A DNA stretch of 63,352 bases, counting the filler, from Sphacelaria rigidula (Eukaryota), in the NCBI GenBank assembly GCA_964200075.2. It is 11 parts of 11 records of this genome, joined end to end, with 100 filler letters (N's around TTAATTAATTAA, not from the genome) between each part and the next. Parts side by side here need not be neighbours in the genome. Positions count along the whole stretch, not along the records: positions 34,613 to 40,280 come from CAXNAA020025421.1; positions 40,381 to 46,048 come from CAXNAA020025422.1; positions 46,149 to 51,816 come from CAXNAA020025423.1; 8 more parts are not named here. The stretch is one strand, 5' to 3'. Shown piece after piece: positions 37,221 to 49,413 of this stretch (position 1 is the stretch's first letter; each line of letters opens with the position of its first letter). The notes beneath the pieces were generated by a model that saw only the letters and a program-made list of their open reading frames with translations, did no database searches and was not told the origin of the DNA. Position numbers and translations under genes: made by a program.

Positions 37221-38914
37221 TCTGAAGTTGTGAGTAATGTGTGCTACCTCTGCTGCTATTTGTTGCACAGTAGTTACAGTAGTCGCGTTCCCTCGGGACA
37301 GTTGCGCTCTTGTTACGGGGGAGTTGCTTTATTGCCCGTGGATTTATCAGCAAACGTGGTGAGGTAGTTGACAATGGTTTGGAGGTCGGTGGCGGCTTTT
37401 CGCTTGTGAGGGGTGGGGTGGGTGCGGACGAGGGAGTTGCACTGCGCGGCGAACGGCAATGAATGAACGAATCGCTCTCCCTGGGCGGGTGAGAGAGACG
37501 TTCCAAACTACTGCAGATTGTGAACGTTGTGTGTATATACTGTATGTGCTTCGAGAGAGATGGGGGAAACGAGAGAGAGAAAGTGAGAGAGAGACAGTGA
37601 GAGAGACGTTCCAAACGAAACAAAATGTATGCGGCACCTGTGTGGTGGTTGGGATCCTTGCGGGATTGACGTTGGCAAACGGCCAAAGTGTCAACATAGC
37701 GCGGATCAAGAGTTTACTCGAGGCAATCTCCATGGGTAAACCATGGTTGGTGGTTGAATGTTCACCTTCAGAATCGGATCTTCACGGGGCTCACGGTCTC
37801 AAGTGCCCTCCAGGGCTGTTAGTGCAGCACCCGTTTTCCGCTCGAATTGGCTCCCGCGCGGTTTCGAATTGAACTCTGATCTCCGCCTAGAGCACTCTTC
37901 GCACCTTCCATGCATGAGGGCTCTCGTCACAACGTCAATGCCTTAGGTGTGAGACTGGGCCAGGGGTACGATTACGGTTCGGCACAAAAGAAGCAGTATG
38001 TGTCAACCACAGAATTTGGCGACTGATGTTTCCCTCCGCGAAGGATATGTCACAAAACGAGCACTTCAGAACAATTATGTCAGTACCGTATTGGCGGAAA
38101 TTCATGTGGTATATTGTACTCATACGCCATTACAGTTTTTCACTTGGTATGCGAGTTCATTGGCGCAATTCGGCTTTACTTTTCCATGTCTGTAATAGGA
38201 GACCAGTTTTTCACTTCAGTTCGGCGCCGTTGAGTCATCAATGGTGCACACATATTGCACTTATTGTCTTCATGCGACGTCGATTTGTGCTTTCACAACG
38301 CACACGTTGCCTCCAGTGCCCTCTGCGCCCCTCGTGCCCGGCAGTTTCCGTTCTGGCCGGTGTCGCGAAACGAGTTACTAGTAGGGTCAAGAGCAAAAAA
38401 TACCGTTTAGCTTTCGTCTGATTCCACAGGAGAAACAATATTCAATATTCCCCAGTACCCTGCCTGCAAGGAAGGTCTATCCGCCGTTATTAACTAGTGG
38501 ACAGAAAAAAACTGCATCATGTGTGCAAATACATGTCCGGTAATGTTTTTTTGGTAATATGCCTTGTAAGGAATAGTAGGGCGGTATTGGAAAGACGAAC
38601 CTACGTCTGTGACCACGTGTTCGCGAGATCGGACTAATGTGCGGAAATAATAAAAATAAGGTAGTGTATCAGGGCAATAGTTTTTGTTTGTTTATCAAAT
38701 AAATAAAGCATGGGTACGAAACACTCGCCACACTTTAGTGTGCATCATAATATATCCCCTATTATGGTATTACTCGAAAAAAAAGCAACTTCAGTAGTCA
38801 GTAAAATACTACTTCGAAGTATAAGATACGACTGTTCACCCTACCCGTAGGTAGTGTACTTAGGTACAGAGGACGCCGCAATTGAGGAAAGAATATTCCG
38901 CACCACAGGCAACC

Positions 38915-39262
38915 ACAACTCATAACTAGTTGCGTGCAAACAATTACTCAACTCAACTAGTTGTGTGCAGCAGCTACTCCGTCAGAAACCTGTACCTCTA
39001 GTTGTCTGTAAACTACTCTGTTACAAAGCTGCAAAACTAGTTGTATGCACACGACTACTCCGTCAGAAATCTGAACAAAAGTAGTTGTATGCGACAACTA
39101 TACCCGAGCATAAAACTGTGCCACGATAGCTCTGAGCTGTTTGAAAACAACTCCTCGGCCCGAAACCTGCACAACTACTGTAGCTGTTTGCAAACAAGTA
39201 CTCGGCCAGCAATGTGTACACGTGGCTGTTTGCAAACAACAACTCGGTCAGAACCCTGTACA
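38915..39262. repeat. Degenerate minisatellite, ~40-bp unit (CAACTACTCCGTCAGAAACCTGTACAACTAGTTGTNTGCAAA)
   Basis: About 8 contiguous diverged units, with no unique spacers. Confidence 0.75.
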
Positions 39263-42165
39263 TCCAGTAAGATGCCACGCCTTCCAACACGATGCTCCAC
39301 CTTTTTACGTAGTGTATGTGTACTCTTTTCTGGATCTCACCGGCCTCTGTGGCTTACTTTGATTTCGTTCATGACTCGTCCGTTGCATATACGCCCTTAT
39401 ACCCGCCACTGATCTGCCAGGGAGAACGGTGGTGTTGGGCCACCCACGAGCTTGGACTTGGCAGAGTTGGTGGTTAGTGATTATACTGTTGACTGCTGCA
39501 CTGGCAAGGAAATGCACTATCTCCGCGACAGGAACGGCACCAGGACATGGCTGTCTTGTTTATCGGGCGCAACGTGGGCGCCGATGGTGGCGAGAGAGTA
39601 GTTCTAATCGGTTGCCTGTAAATCGTCACAGGACGCAGGCGGTGCGAGGGTAACTCATTATCGTTACATGTACGCATCACAACAAAAACATAGTCTGGAG
39701 TGTTGGACTGAATTAGTGTCGTTTCGGTAGATTTGTCACGATCCTCGCGGGGAGATGTGTGCTGCGTACATGCGAGCAAATCGGAGGTTTGGAAGGCGCG
39801 ACCTCGACTTAGAGGTGTTTCCGGACAACTATTGTTGTAGTAGCGGGTGACAAGGTGGCACAACAACTTGGGTACGAACCATACATGGAGTAGAACACTA
39901 TAGTATGCACCACCACTGCTGCCCGAGGATTCTCAGCTTTTTTATGGTGTCTTCGGTTACAGGTAGAGTGTCTCACCCACCCGTGAACATTTGCGAAGAC
40001 GAAGTTTCGCAAACATCCTTTAAATTCGTAATTTCCAACAGTAGCATTGAGCATTGAGCCCTTGAGTTTGCGAATAGTTTGCATTGGCGTTCACATTGCA
40101 AAATTTGAACGGAAAAACGTGCCAGCCACAACATATTAACGGCCATCAACAACAACTCGCACATATTGTATCATCTCCTACGTTTCGCTCGGACCACCAG
40201 GACGCCGGTCGCCCCAGTGGCTCAGTTCGTACCCTCGTACCCTTCTGATGGTTGAGTAGGGGGGTTCGATTCCCGGAGCGNNNNNNNNNNNNNNNNNNNN
40301 NNNNNNNNNNNNNNNNNNNNNNNNTTAATTAATTAANNNNNNNNNNNNNNNNNNNNNNNNNNNNNNNNNNNNNNNNNNNNCGGAGATATGGACGATTAAA
40401 AACACTTGTATCTTAATTGGCTCTGTATCTTAATTGGTACATTTCCCTCTACTCTCAAAACATGACCGACTTCTTCACATCCGGCATCATTCACGTCAGC
40501 TTTCGGTAGCATTAGTAGGGACTGATGAGCGGCTTCGTTTCTTCTCATTTTGGGCTCCGTTTTTTGCGGTGATGTGTCGTCTTCTGTGCCTAAGCTTCAT
40601 CATTCTTTACTCGTACATAAATGTGGTGAAACTAACTTCCACCAACCGTGCCTACTCATTTTTTTTCCCGGCGCTTTTGGGGGCCAAGAGGGGGCGTACT
40701 CATTTGTTCCCAAGAGGAGGGGAGGGGGAAGAGGAGTGTCCTGAGTTTTATATGGAGCCAGGCACTCTCAAATGATACAGAAGATAAAACTACCTATCCT
40801 CCGCCACGGGCCACGGAATGCGCATTCAGCGCCGTTTCTCTCATCATGATGAAACACATACCCAGGACGAGGGTGTGAGGTGAAGGTAACGAAGTGTGAA
40901 GTTAGCACAAGTCGGGAGCACTGCGTATGTGGAGATCAGAGCATGTCCTGGTCTTTTCACGCCTGTCGCGGATCGACTCGTTCCGTGTCGAGCACTGAAT
41001 TCGACAACATAACTTGTCACATAGATACGGATAAGAAAAGGGTTTCATCATTCAATGCAGCAAGTACAGACACATATTAGTAGAAGCGGGGAAATGTATG
41101 CGCGTCGCATATGCAATCGAAACTAAGGAAACAGATGCGCAGCGGTTGGGTCGTAGGTAGAACTATACTTTCTACAAAGGTACCAATGTGGTCGAGCAGG
41201 CTCGGCTGGCGTAATGTGAACATCTGTTGACTCCATGATCTGTAAGTCGAACTCAAACGAATCGATACCCTTGAATGTGGTTGAGAACGACTGCGCGGGT
41301 GCCCACGGACTGGCACCCTTCATCCCTAGACGGTAAACATCGATTCGTCACACTTGTACAATCGAATTGCTACAGGCAGTCAGTACATGCAGCAACAAAA
41401 TTGCAGTAATATTCCGAGCTGAACCGACTGTTCACTACTGCCGTTGCTTGAAAGCTGTTCTCGAGCGCAATCTTCCCGGTCAGCGCATTAATAGAATATC
41501 GCCAAGCTAGACACTAGTGCATGTGTACGTGGATTAATTCGGGTACATGCGGTGCAGATGTATGAAATATCATGGGTACCATATATCGTCTGCGGTAACG
41601 GATTGTGTCATGACTGGATGTATGCCATATGAGGGCACCCAGTATTATGTCCTCCCTTGCCTGCTCAGTTCTGGTTTTTGGTGCATTTCGGTTATTGCAT
41701 TTTGGGTTGGAAAGAGCAGGTCGGGTGGAGCGTGCACGGTTGATATTTGGTGAATAAAGGTTATAAGAGTTCTATACAAGAAGAAGGTATATACATTGCC
41801 CTGTCCAGAGCGCGTCCTCTACGGGATGGGTCCCTTTATCAATTACGCTAGCGTATTTGAAACGGGATGATTGCAGCCGGAAAAAGCAGGGAAGTAATGA
41901 GCGAGTTTGAGCAACATACAGCGACATTCACAGCGCTTGAGCCAGCTCGAGGCAAAATACAGCAGTATTTGATAGCGCTTGAGCCAACGAGAGAGGGAGT
42001 GAACAAGTGAGAGGTAAAAAAAGTTCGAGATAATCAACTCAACAACAAGCAACAGTAATAGTTAATTAGAGTCGATCAATGGCTAACAGGAAGGAATATA
42101 GTACGGAAGAATTGACGGAAAAGCTTCGGCTTATGGAGGTATAGCAGACCGAAAAACTGCGAATC

Positions 42166-45100
42166 ATGGAAGAAAAACAAGCAGAGATGGAAGGAAAAAA
42201 GGCAGAGCTTATTGAGGCCGCAAAACGCGATGCTATTGTAGATGACGAAAGAGAAAGGAATATGCACTTGGGCGCAGGCGCACAAGGTAATCCCACGATG
42301 AGTACAGCAAACCGCGACCAGAAGAACAACCCACGTCTTTGCCATGAGTTCCGAAACGATAACTACACGGGAGGACAACGTGCCCAACCGAACTTTCTTA
42401 CAGTACGTAGTAATACGAGTATTCACCCATGGGACGGTTCTGTAGAAGCAGGGGAAAGCTTGCAGTCGAAGTTTCTTGTGTTTCAAGTGCAGATGATTGG
42501 ATATTTTCGTGCCGAGAAATGCTACGATGCTCTGTTTGTTCAGGACCCCATTCGCGTTTTTCATGGGACGGAGGAGAAGTTGATAGCGTAGCACGGGTAC
42601 AGGGCAGTAGAGAAAGCTCAGAGGGCCCACGAAATGTTACTCGAAAAAATAATAGCCTCCGGCATGGTCGAAAAGTTTGCGATGCTTGGTTCAAGAAGTG
42701 GATCGTGGGACTACTTCGTCCAGTACTACACCGTTTCCCCCACTACAGAGAAAGCCCGTTTGGAGCAACAGTGGACAGGCCTACAGATGTCCCCGGGCGA
42801 GAGCCCTCTCGCGTTTCTGAATAGATTGCTCTGCTTCGCATTGCGCTTCCAATTTTCCTATCTTTTCATGGAGTGGAATGGAATGTAAAGGGAACTATTT
42901 CACCTTGGCTTGCTGACGGGCGGGCATTCTTAAGATGTAGGCTTTCTACGCGGTTGAGAGGGACAGGATGGCTGGGGAAATGTGACGTAAGGGCGGGGAG
43001 GGGTGTGCGCGAGCGTGGGGGTGAATGGTACGTAAGGAAATGTGACGTGTCGGCCGGAGTTTGAAAGTTGAAGATACATTCCTTCTTTTCGTCGGAAAAA
43101 CATTGATTTGTGGGACGTCTGTTGAGAACGAATGCTTCGACTAACGACCATTTTCACACCCGCCGCATTTCTCAACCTGCGTGCACATTTGGGTTCCAAG
43201 TTTCTGAATTTGCGCCTTTCATCGAATACTGGACGGGTGTCCGTCAAACAAAGGCTGTCGTGTGTGAATGATGAGATTTCACTTGAACGATGCGCGTGAG
43301 TGGTGGGTGTCTGTGCGTGTTTTTTCAGGGCTGGGTGTGTGGGTGTTGTGCTCCGTTGTTGTATCTTGTCGGTAGCATGACACAGACCTTGGACCTGGTT
43401 GAACTAACGACCACTACCACACCAGCTGCAATTCTCAACCTGCGTGCAGATCTGGGTTACAAGTTTTTGCATTTGAATACAGTCCGTCTTCAGGTTTCGA
43501 GCGGTGTATGAAATCAGCCGAAGAACTGAAACATGGGACATATCTTGTCTCACTTTACTGCAGCACAAACACACTCACTTCCGCTCTCATCTGCTGTATC
43601 TATCACTGTTCTGGGGTGTCTTTAGACCTTGCGAAGACGGTTTGGTCTCCGCTGAGATTGATCGATGTGTTGCATTGTTGTGTTCGTCTCTCTGTAACCA
43701 AGCTGTAACATATAATAGTATCAGTCAGGACGCTGTGGTTTTGCAACAAGAGAAGCTGATGCATACTGTATACAGTCTATGTTCAGGTTCTAAAACCAGA
43801 GAACACTGCAGAACTGCCGTGTTGTCTGGTGTTCAGGGTAATACTCTGCACTTCATATACCACTGCAGAGTTGTCTTGTGCTGAGTGTACCACTCTGTAC
43901 TCCAGATAATGGGGTTATCTTTTGAGCAATCTTTCGAAAAGTTCTCGTTTTTTAATTATTCCGAAAAAACGAGAGTGTTTTCTGTCACAGAAATCTAGTG
44001 CCGAATCTGGAATAGCCTGAGACAGCAACCAATTTGAAAATTGGAGAAGGGCGAATTTAATTCGCCACAAAAGGCATCATTACGGTCACGTGCTTTCGGA
44101 TTTTGATGCCAGCAGGCACAATGCATGCAGGCTGTCTACAGAGTACGGGATCCAGCGTGGAATTATCCTCGCTATGTCAGAGACAGATACAGAGGCCCTA
44201 CACCGAACGGTAAAAACTGCTCATGCTGAATTGGAACTGTCAAGCAGTAGGATAGACTCCCCGAATAAGCATGCTTCATCTGCCATAGGTCATGATGACT
44301 CCAACAGGGACGTATCGGCGACGCGACGTGGTACTCGGGGGGGCAGGAGGAGCAACCACTGCCGGTAATGCAGTTCAAACCGCAATGGCCATCATTCCTC
44401 ATACAGCAACCTCCATTCGGCCGACCATCAACGATCACCGAAACATAACTCCCGTCCACATTCTTAATCCCCATCTCAACGCCAATCTCACAACAGCAAC
44501 CCCAACTTTAAACACAACACAAACCCCCAACCCTCGTCATGCAATGTTCGCAATTGCAATATATGCTATGATCGAGGTGTGAATTTCCAAACACGAAGTG
44601 ATGGGGGAGTAATGTCGATCGCCGACAGGGCTATCGAGATTTCAACCCCGCACATCGTTCCGCACATCACGGGGAGAACCACCCCCCTCGCGATTACTCT
44701 TCCAACAGCTCCCACGTTGATGCGAATCATGTACAGCGATCCCAGGATTCCGTCTCCGATGACAACCTCGTCTCACAAGACGGTTATAGCTTTGATGGCG
44801 CAGGATTCGCCCATTCCGTACTTTTCCCCCCTCAATACCATGCCGAGCAACGACCACAGCTTCTACTATCGCATCACATCCATCGCCAGCAGCAACCACA
44901 CGAATATCATGGCTACTATCAGCAACAGCCACCGCCGTGGCAACAATATCAACAGCAATGACAATACTATCATACTCGGCAATACAGCCCTCATCATCAT
45001 CAATATCAATCTGCAGCTCCACGTCACGACACATATCAGCAACATCAACAGCCGGCAGCCCCCCCCTTACATTATCCCCGCCTGTCGATACGCCCCCTGC

Positions 45101-45566
45101 GGAGCATGCACGACTATTAATGGCGCGTTCCATGCCCGCAGGTGAGTCTCGTTCTCGGCTTGGTGATTACGATTCACGTACGAATGATGTGCTATGTGGT
45201 GGTCCTGCATCTGGTAAAGATGATCGTGCAGAGGAATGGCTCGCGGATACCGGCACTACATGCCATGTTACGGGTAGTGTAGATGACGTTTTTTATTTAC
45301 GACTCCCTCCTCAGGGTATGGAACATTTCGAGATGGGTGACGGGACCAGACTCCCAGTGAGGGCAGTAGGTAGCTTGAGCTTGACATCTCACATGGGGTC
45401 TTTGGATGTTTCAGTCCCCCCAACAGACTTCCCAATACAGTTGACCGATGTCTACGTCGTAGAAGGCGTCAAATTCAATATTTTCTCCCCTCATCACATG
45501 CAGGAGCGACATGATATCGTTTTGAATTACAATTTGACCGTAAATCGCGAATTTCATCACAGTTAG
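42166..45566 (+). mobile_element. Decayed Ty1/copia LTR retrotransposon (gag plus protease), interrupted and truncated
   Basis: Gag-like segments (SWDYFVQYY...LEQQWTGLQMSPGESPLAFLNRL; RLSTEYGIQRGII) and the copia protease motif EWLADTGTTCHVTG...MGDGTRLPVRAVGSL...LTDVYVVEGVKFNIFS. There are in-frame stops and no integrase or RT follows. Confidence 0.85.
42843..44052. mobile_element. Probable ~1.2-kb non-autonomous DNA element inserted in copia gag
   Basis: Gag similarity stops near 42845 and resumes near 44085. Termini GCGCTTCCAATTTTC / GAAAATTGGAGAAGGGC are imperfect inverted repeats, with an internal direct repeat at ~43170 and ~43432. Confidence 0.45.
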
Positions 45567-45985
45567 CGACGCGCCTTCCCCCCTACAACATAAGGTCTGA
45601 TCCCCCAAGTTCTGTAGTTTCGACTCCCTCAGCCACTGTAGTTTCGCCCTCCAATGTAAGGTTAGATGCACCTACTACTGTGGCTTCGCCTACCAGTATA
45701 CGATCAGATACACGTACTACTGTAGAGTCAGATCTCCCTACAACTGTAGAGTCTTCACGTACTACGGTAGAGTCTTCACCGGTAGCTGCCCGGACTGTTT
45801 GCGATGAATCTGATTCCCGGAATTCTACCGTAGAATTTTCCCCAACGCATCATGCGCCCAATGTTACTTTAGCGTTTCGTAGCCAGCCCCCGAGTGAGGA
45901 AATAGATAGTTTTCATTCTCCCCCCAGTATTGGCTGACGCCATTACTCCGCCGAAGGCGTTGTGTTTCCCCCCCTCGGTTCAGGT

Positions 45986-46048
45986 GGGTGAGGATATGGT
46001 ATCAGGATTGATGTTCGCTGATGATTTTGTGGGGATTTCAGGAACACC
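45986..46048 (+). mobile_element. LINE RT fragment with catalytic FADD motif, cut by the contig end
   Basis: Translates GEDMVSGLMFADDFVGISGT. Confidence 0.75.
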
Positions 46049-47387
46049 NNNNNNNNNNNNNNNNNNNNNNNNNNNNNNNNNNNNNNNNNNNNTTAATTAA
46101 TTAANNNNNNNNNNNNNNNNNNNNNNNNNNNNNNNNNNNNNNNNNNNNTCGCGTGATTGTCCCCGGCGCCCCCGGGGGCCGGGGGGCGGGGGCGGGGGCG
46201 GGGGCGCGCGGCGCGTGGGGGGGGGGGGGGGGGGGGGGGTCACCATGGTACGTTTGTTTTCATCATCACCACACCACGGATCATGCGCCGACACGTAACA
46301 AGATACTAACCACAAAGGCATGATGGTGACGCCCAATCGTATTTTTTAAAATAAATCAAATGCCATATCATCACAAGTGATATTTTTCTTTCACCAATAG
46401 AATCGCAGTTTCAACAACAGCCAAACATTGTTGAGCGTCCGAGTGGAGGAGGTTCTGATGCGGGCTATCGCAGCTCTATATTCGTGCAACGCACATAGCC
46501 AGCAGGGTGGCTGCATCCCATACACCTTCAATGAGTGCAGAGCAGCTGGTGATGGTGTGCAAACATCACCAGGAAAGGGCAAGCTAGGTATGTGCGTGGT
46601 ACTGGCCTAGCGGGCCCTGATCCCCTCGTGTACATGAAGGCATTGTCTAATCTGCAAGAACAACGATTCCGAGCCTTCGGCGGAGAGGACAAAAAAAAAC
46701 GGCCTGCTGGCGCATGGACGCTATCGGGGGCCAGGCGAACTTTCGACCGTCATTTTTATTTCCATGTTTTCTTCCCGAGTATAGGCCTAACTCGGGCCTA
46801 CGCATGTTGTACGTGGAGGTGAGCTTTTACGAGGTGTGACAATGTGACGAGTTTTCGACAGCCACTCCCTCAACGATTGAGAAATATCTGCATCTCCCCT
46901 CCCACCCTCCGTCTTTCATGAGCCTGCCTCCTTGTGTGTTTTGTGACGAGACGAGATTTTGGTAGAGGGCACCTTTTTCGCCGAAGATAAACCGAAACAG
47001 CAGTGGAAGATTTGGTCTGAGCTTTCACTTCGCATGTCTCTTCTCGTGTGCCGCGGTGCGGTGCCCAAGGCAACAACGTCCTCAGGACAATGTTTCGTAA
47101 TTTCATGGAACTCTGCCTGCCCATCTCCTGGGCGTCTCTCGCCATTTGTTGGTAGCATTTTTTTTCGCCCACTTGAACTTCGCCGGACTCCGACTTTGGA
47201 ACCTGATTGCTACAAAGCCCAAGAAGTCAAGAATAATCCATTTTTTGTTGTTGTCGCTGCTTCCTTCCTTCCTTCCTTTCTGTGGCTGTTGCTTCTGTCT
47301 TCTTCTGTTTATTTCCTTCTTATTCTGTCCTTTTTTTTGCTGCTCTTGACCACGGGCTGGATTGTTGCAATCAGCCAATGTGAGATG

Positions 47388-47418
<31 letters not shown>

Positions 47419-47889
47419 TCCTGGTGTTGCTAGTGTAAAAATCATGATGAGTCCTCGACAAACACGAGTGGTGATTCACCCCCATTTTATAGTGCATTGG
47501 TCTTTGCCTGTCAGTTTACTCCTTTTGTTTGTCCTATATTTTTGTGTTTTTCGCCCCCCCCCCCCTCAACTTCTCTTCTTCAGTAGCGAGCGCTTTTGTT
47601 TCCCTCGGATATATCTATCCTGTGAAGAATGACCACGGGTGGGCCCCTCGGGACAATAAATCTATCAAATATGCGACAATCCATCACAACAATCACTCAC
47701 TCGTTCAACCATGAATGAATAAATGAATGAATAAATAAATGGATGGGTGGATGGATGGATGGATGAGGGGATGGATGGATGGATTCACTCGCTCATCAAA
47801 TAATGGATGGATGAATGGACGGATGAATGGATGAATGAATCACGATTGTGATCGAGTTAGATTATATCGTGCGGGGTGGAGGAACTCAA

Positions 47890-48212
47890 CTCCGTGTTGA
47901 AAAGGTGAGACACCCACGCGGCCGTGTGTAACCCGTGGCTGTCTCTGGTAGCGGTGATACCAGAAAAAGAAACAACTCAATGGAGGCTGTCATCCATGTG
48001 TAAGATAATAAGCACGCTCCAGGCCGAACAGTCTTAGCAGGATGCAGCTCACCCCTCATGCGACTCGCCGAACACATCACGGCGCTTCAGGCTCGATGAT
48101 TGCGAGTCTGATCAGGCAAAACCCCGGCGTGCTCCGTCCCGGCTTCGTAGGGATGCGAGACCAATGGTCTTATGACTACGGCATGCAAGATTGTGAGTAC
48201 ACCTTCCCCCCC
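47890..48212 (+). repeat. Complete copy of the R300 dispersed repeat
   Basis: Colinear with 57155-57455; ends GAGTACACC followed by a C-rich tract. Confidence 0.85.
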
Positions 48213-49328
48213 ACCCGCGCGCGCCTAATATGGAATTATTGTCAAAAACTGTGTAAGGTGGCTGGACTGAGAGGTGTAACACTCCACTGACCCACAAGTA
48301 ACGACAGTAATCACGAAATATATGCGTAACCGGAAAATGGGAAGACTGGTTTAGCAGGAGCGTCACAATGTTCACCTGATTTGGTTTGACACACTTGTAT
48401 CCATTTACGGTAAGCAGTCTTGCACAGAATGGACGGTAAACAAACAGAAAAAACACTGTCCATCTAGTTTTTGTCTACGAGCACTGTAAGTGTAAATGTT
48501 CGATAGTCAACAGGATTGCTACAAGTGACTTATGGGCAATGTTTTAGGATATTTCGCTCACCAGAGCTCCTTGGAAGTTGCCTAGTTTTTCTTTTAGTGT
48601 GCGTGCAAGATCCAAAAATTCAGAGCGCATATGAGATCACCCGCATTAATTTTGTCATCATGTGGTATTTTTCTCATGACATAGTTCACGGTATGTGCTC
48701 CACGAGTTTAGCAGCAGGCTGTTCTTAGAAACCCCTCAACAGTGTCTAGGGCAGCGCGATCTACGCTGTTCGAGTCGCCGAGCTCTATGGCTCGACCGCT
48801 GCTTCAGCCGACCCCAGCAAATTGAGGAATACATATACAAACGAACGAGGCATGCCACAAAATGAAAAATTCGACGTCCGCCTCGCGCAGCTACATTCCG
48901 AGCATCAATACTTCGGCAGGATACACATACAAACGTACGGTAGACACACACACAAACATGCTGCCGGGATGGAGATGGGTTGACCCCTTGAGATGGCGGC
49001 CCCCTCCCGAGAAAAGGGGAGGGGTTGAATGGGGTGGCGAAAAACTATAGAAATAAAAACGCACATACTGTGCATTACATGCTGCACAATTTTGGCATAA
49101 TGCCAAAATTAGCCGAACCGTATCACGCTGAGGGGAGGGAGGGGGGGGGGGGGGGGGGGGCGTACTCATCCGTTGCTTATCTTCGTTTGGCCATTGCCCA
49201 CGGGGGAGGGGGGAGGGAGGTGATTTTCTGCGTATAGGCTACAATACTGTACAACCAAGTCTATGGTATATTACACACGCGCACGCACACACACCAACAA
49301 GGTAACAATATACAGAAAACTGGCATAC

Positions 49329-49413
49329 CTTGATGAGGTCGTTGGTGGAGCGGGGAACGGCAGCCAACACCACGCACGTGATCGGCACCTGCTTCTTGTT
49401 CGAGATCGACGTG
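49329..49413 (-). CDS. Possible internal exon of an unidentified gene (candidate upstream exon ~50812-50872)
   Basis: cag|c-TSISNKKQVPITCVVLAAVPRSTNDLIK|gtatgc with GC3-rich codons; no family recognised. Confidence 0.3.

Noticed and set aside
38915..39262. CRISPR-like periodic array
   Set aside because: Units are contiguous and degenerate with no unique spacers, there are no cas genes, and the context is eukaryotic. It is a minisatellite.
40203..40280. tRNA gene (also 2330-2402, 4280-4356, 5200-5272, 34450-34512)
   Set aside because: A/B boxes are present but I cannot form a proper acceptor stem, copies are divergent, and the complete ones continue into shared SINE bodies.
46506..46587. Possible plus-strand exon GGCIPYTFNECRAAGDGVQTSPGKGKL
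   Set aside because: Isolated AG/GT pair with no compatible neighbours or recognisable family.
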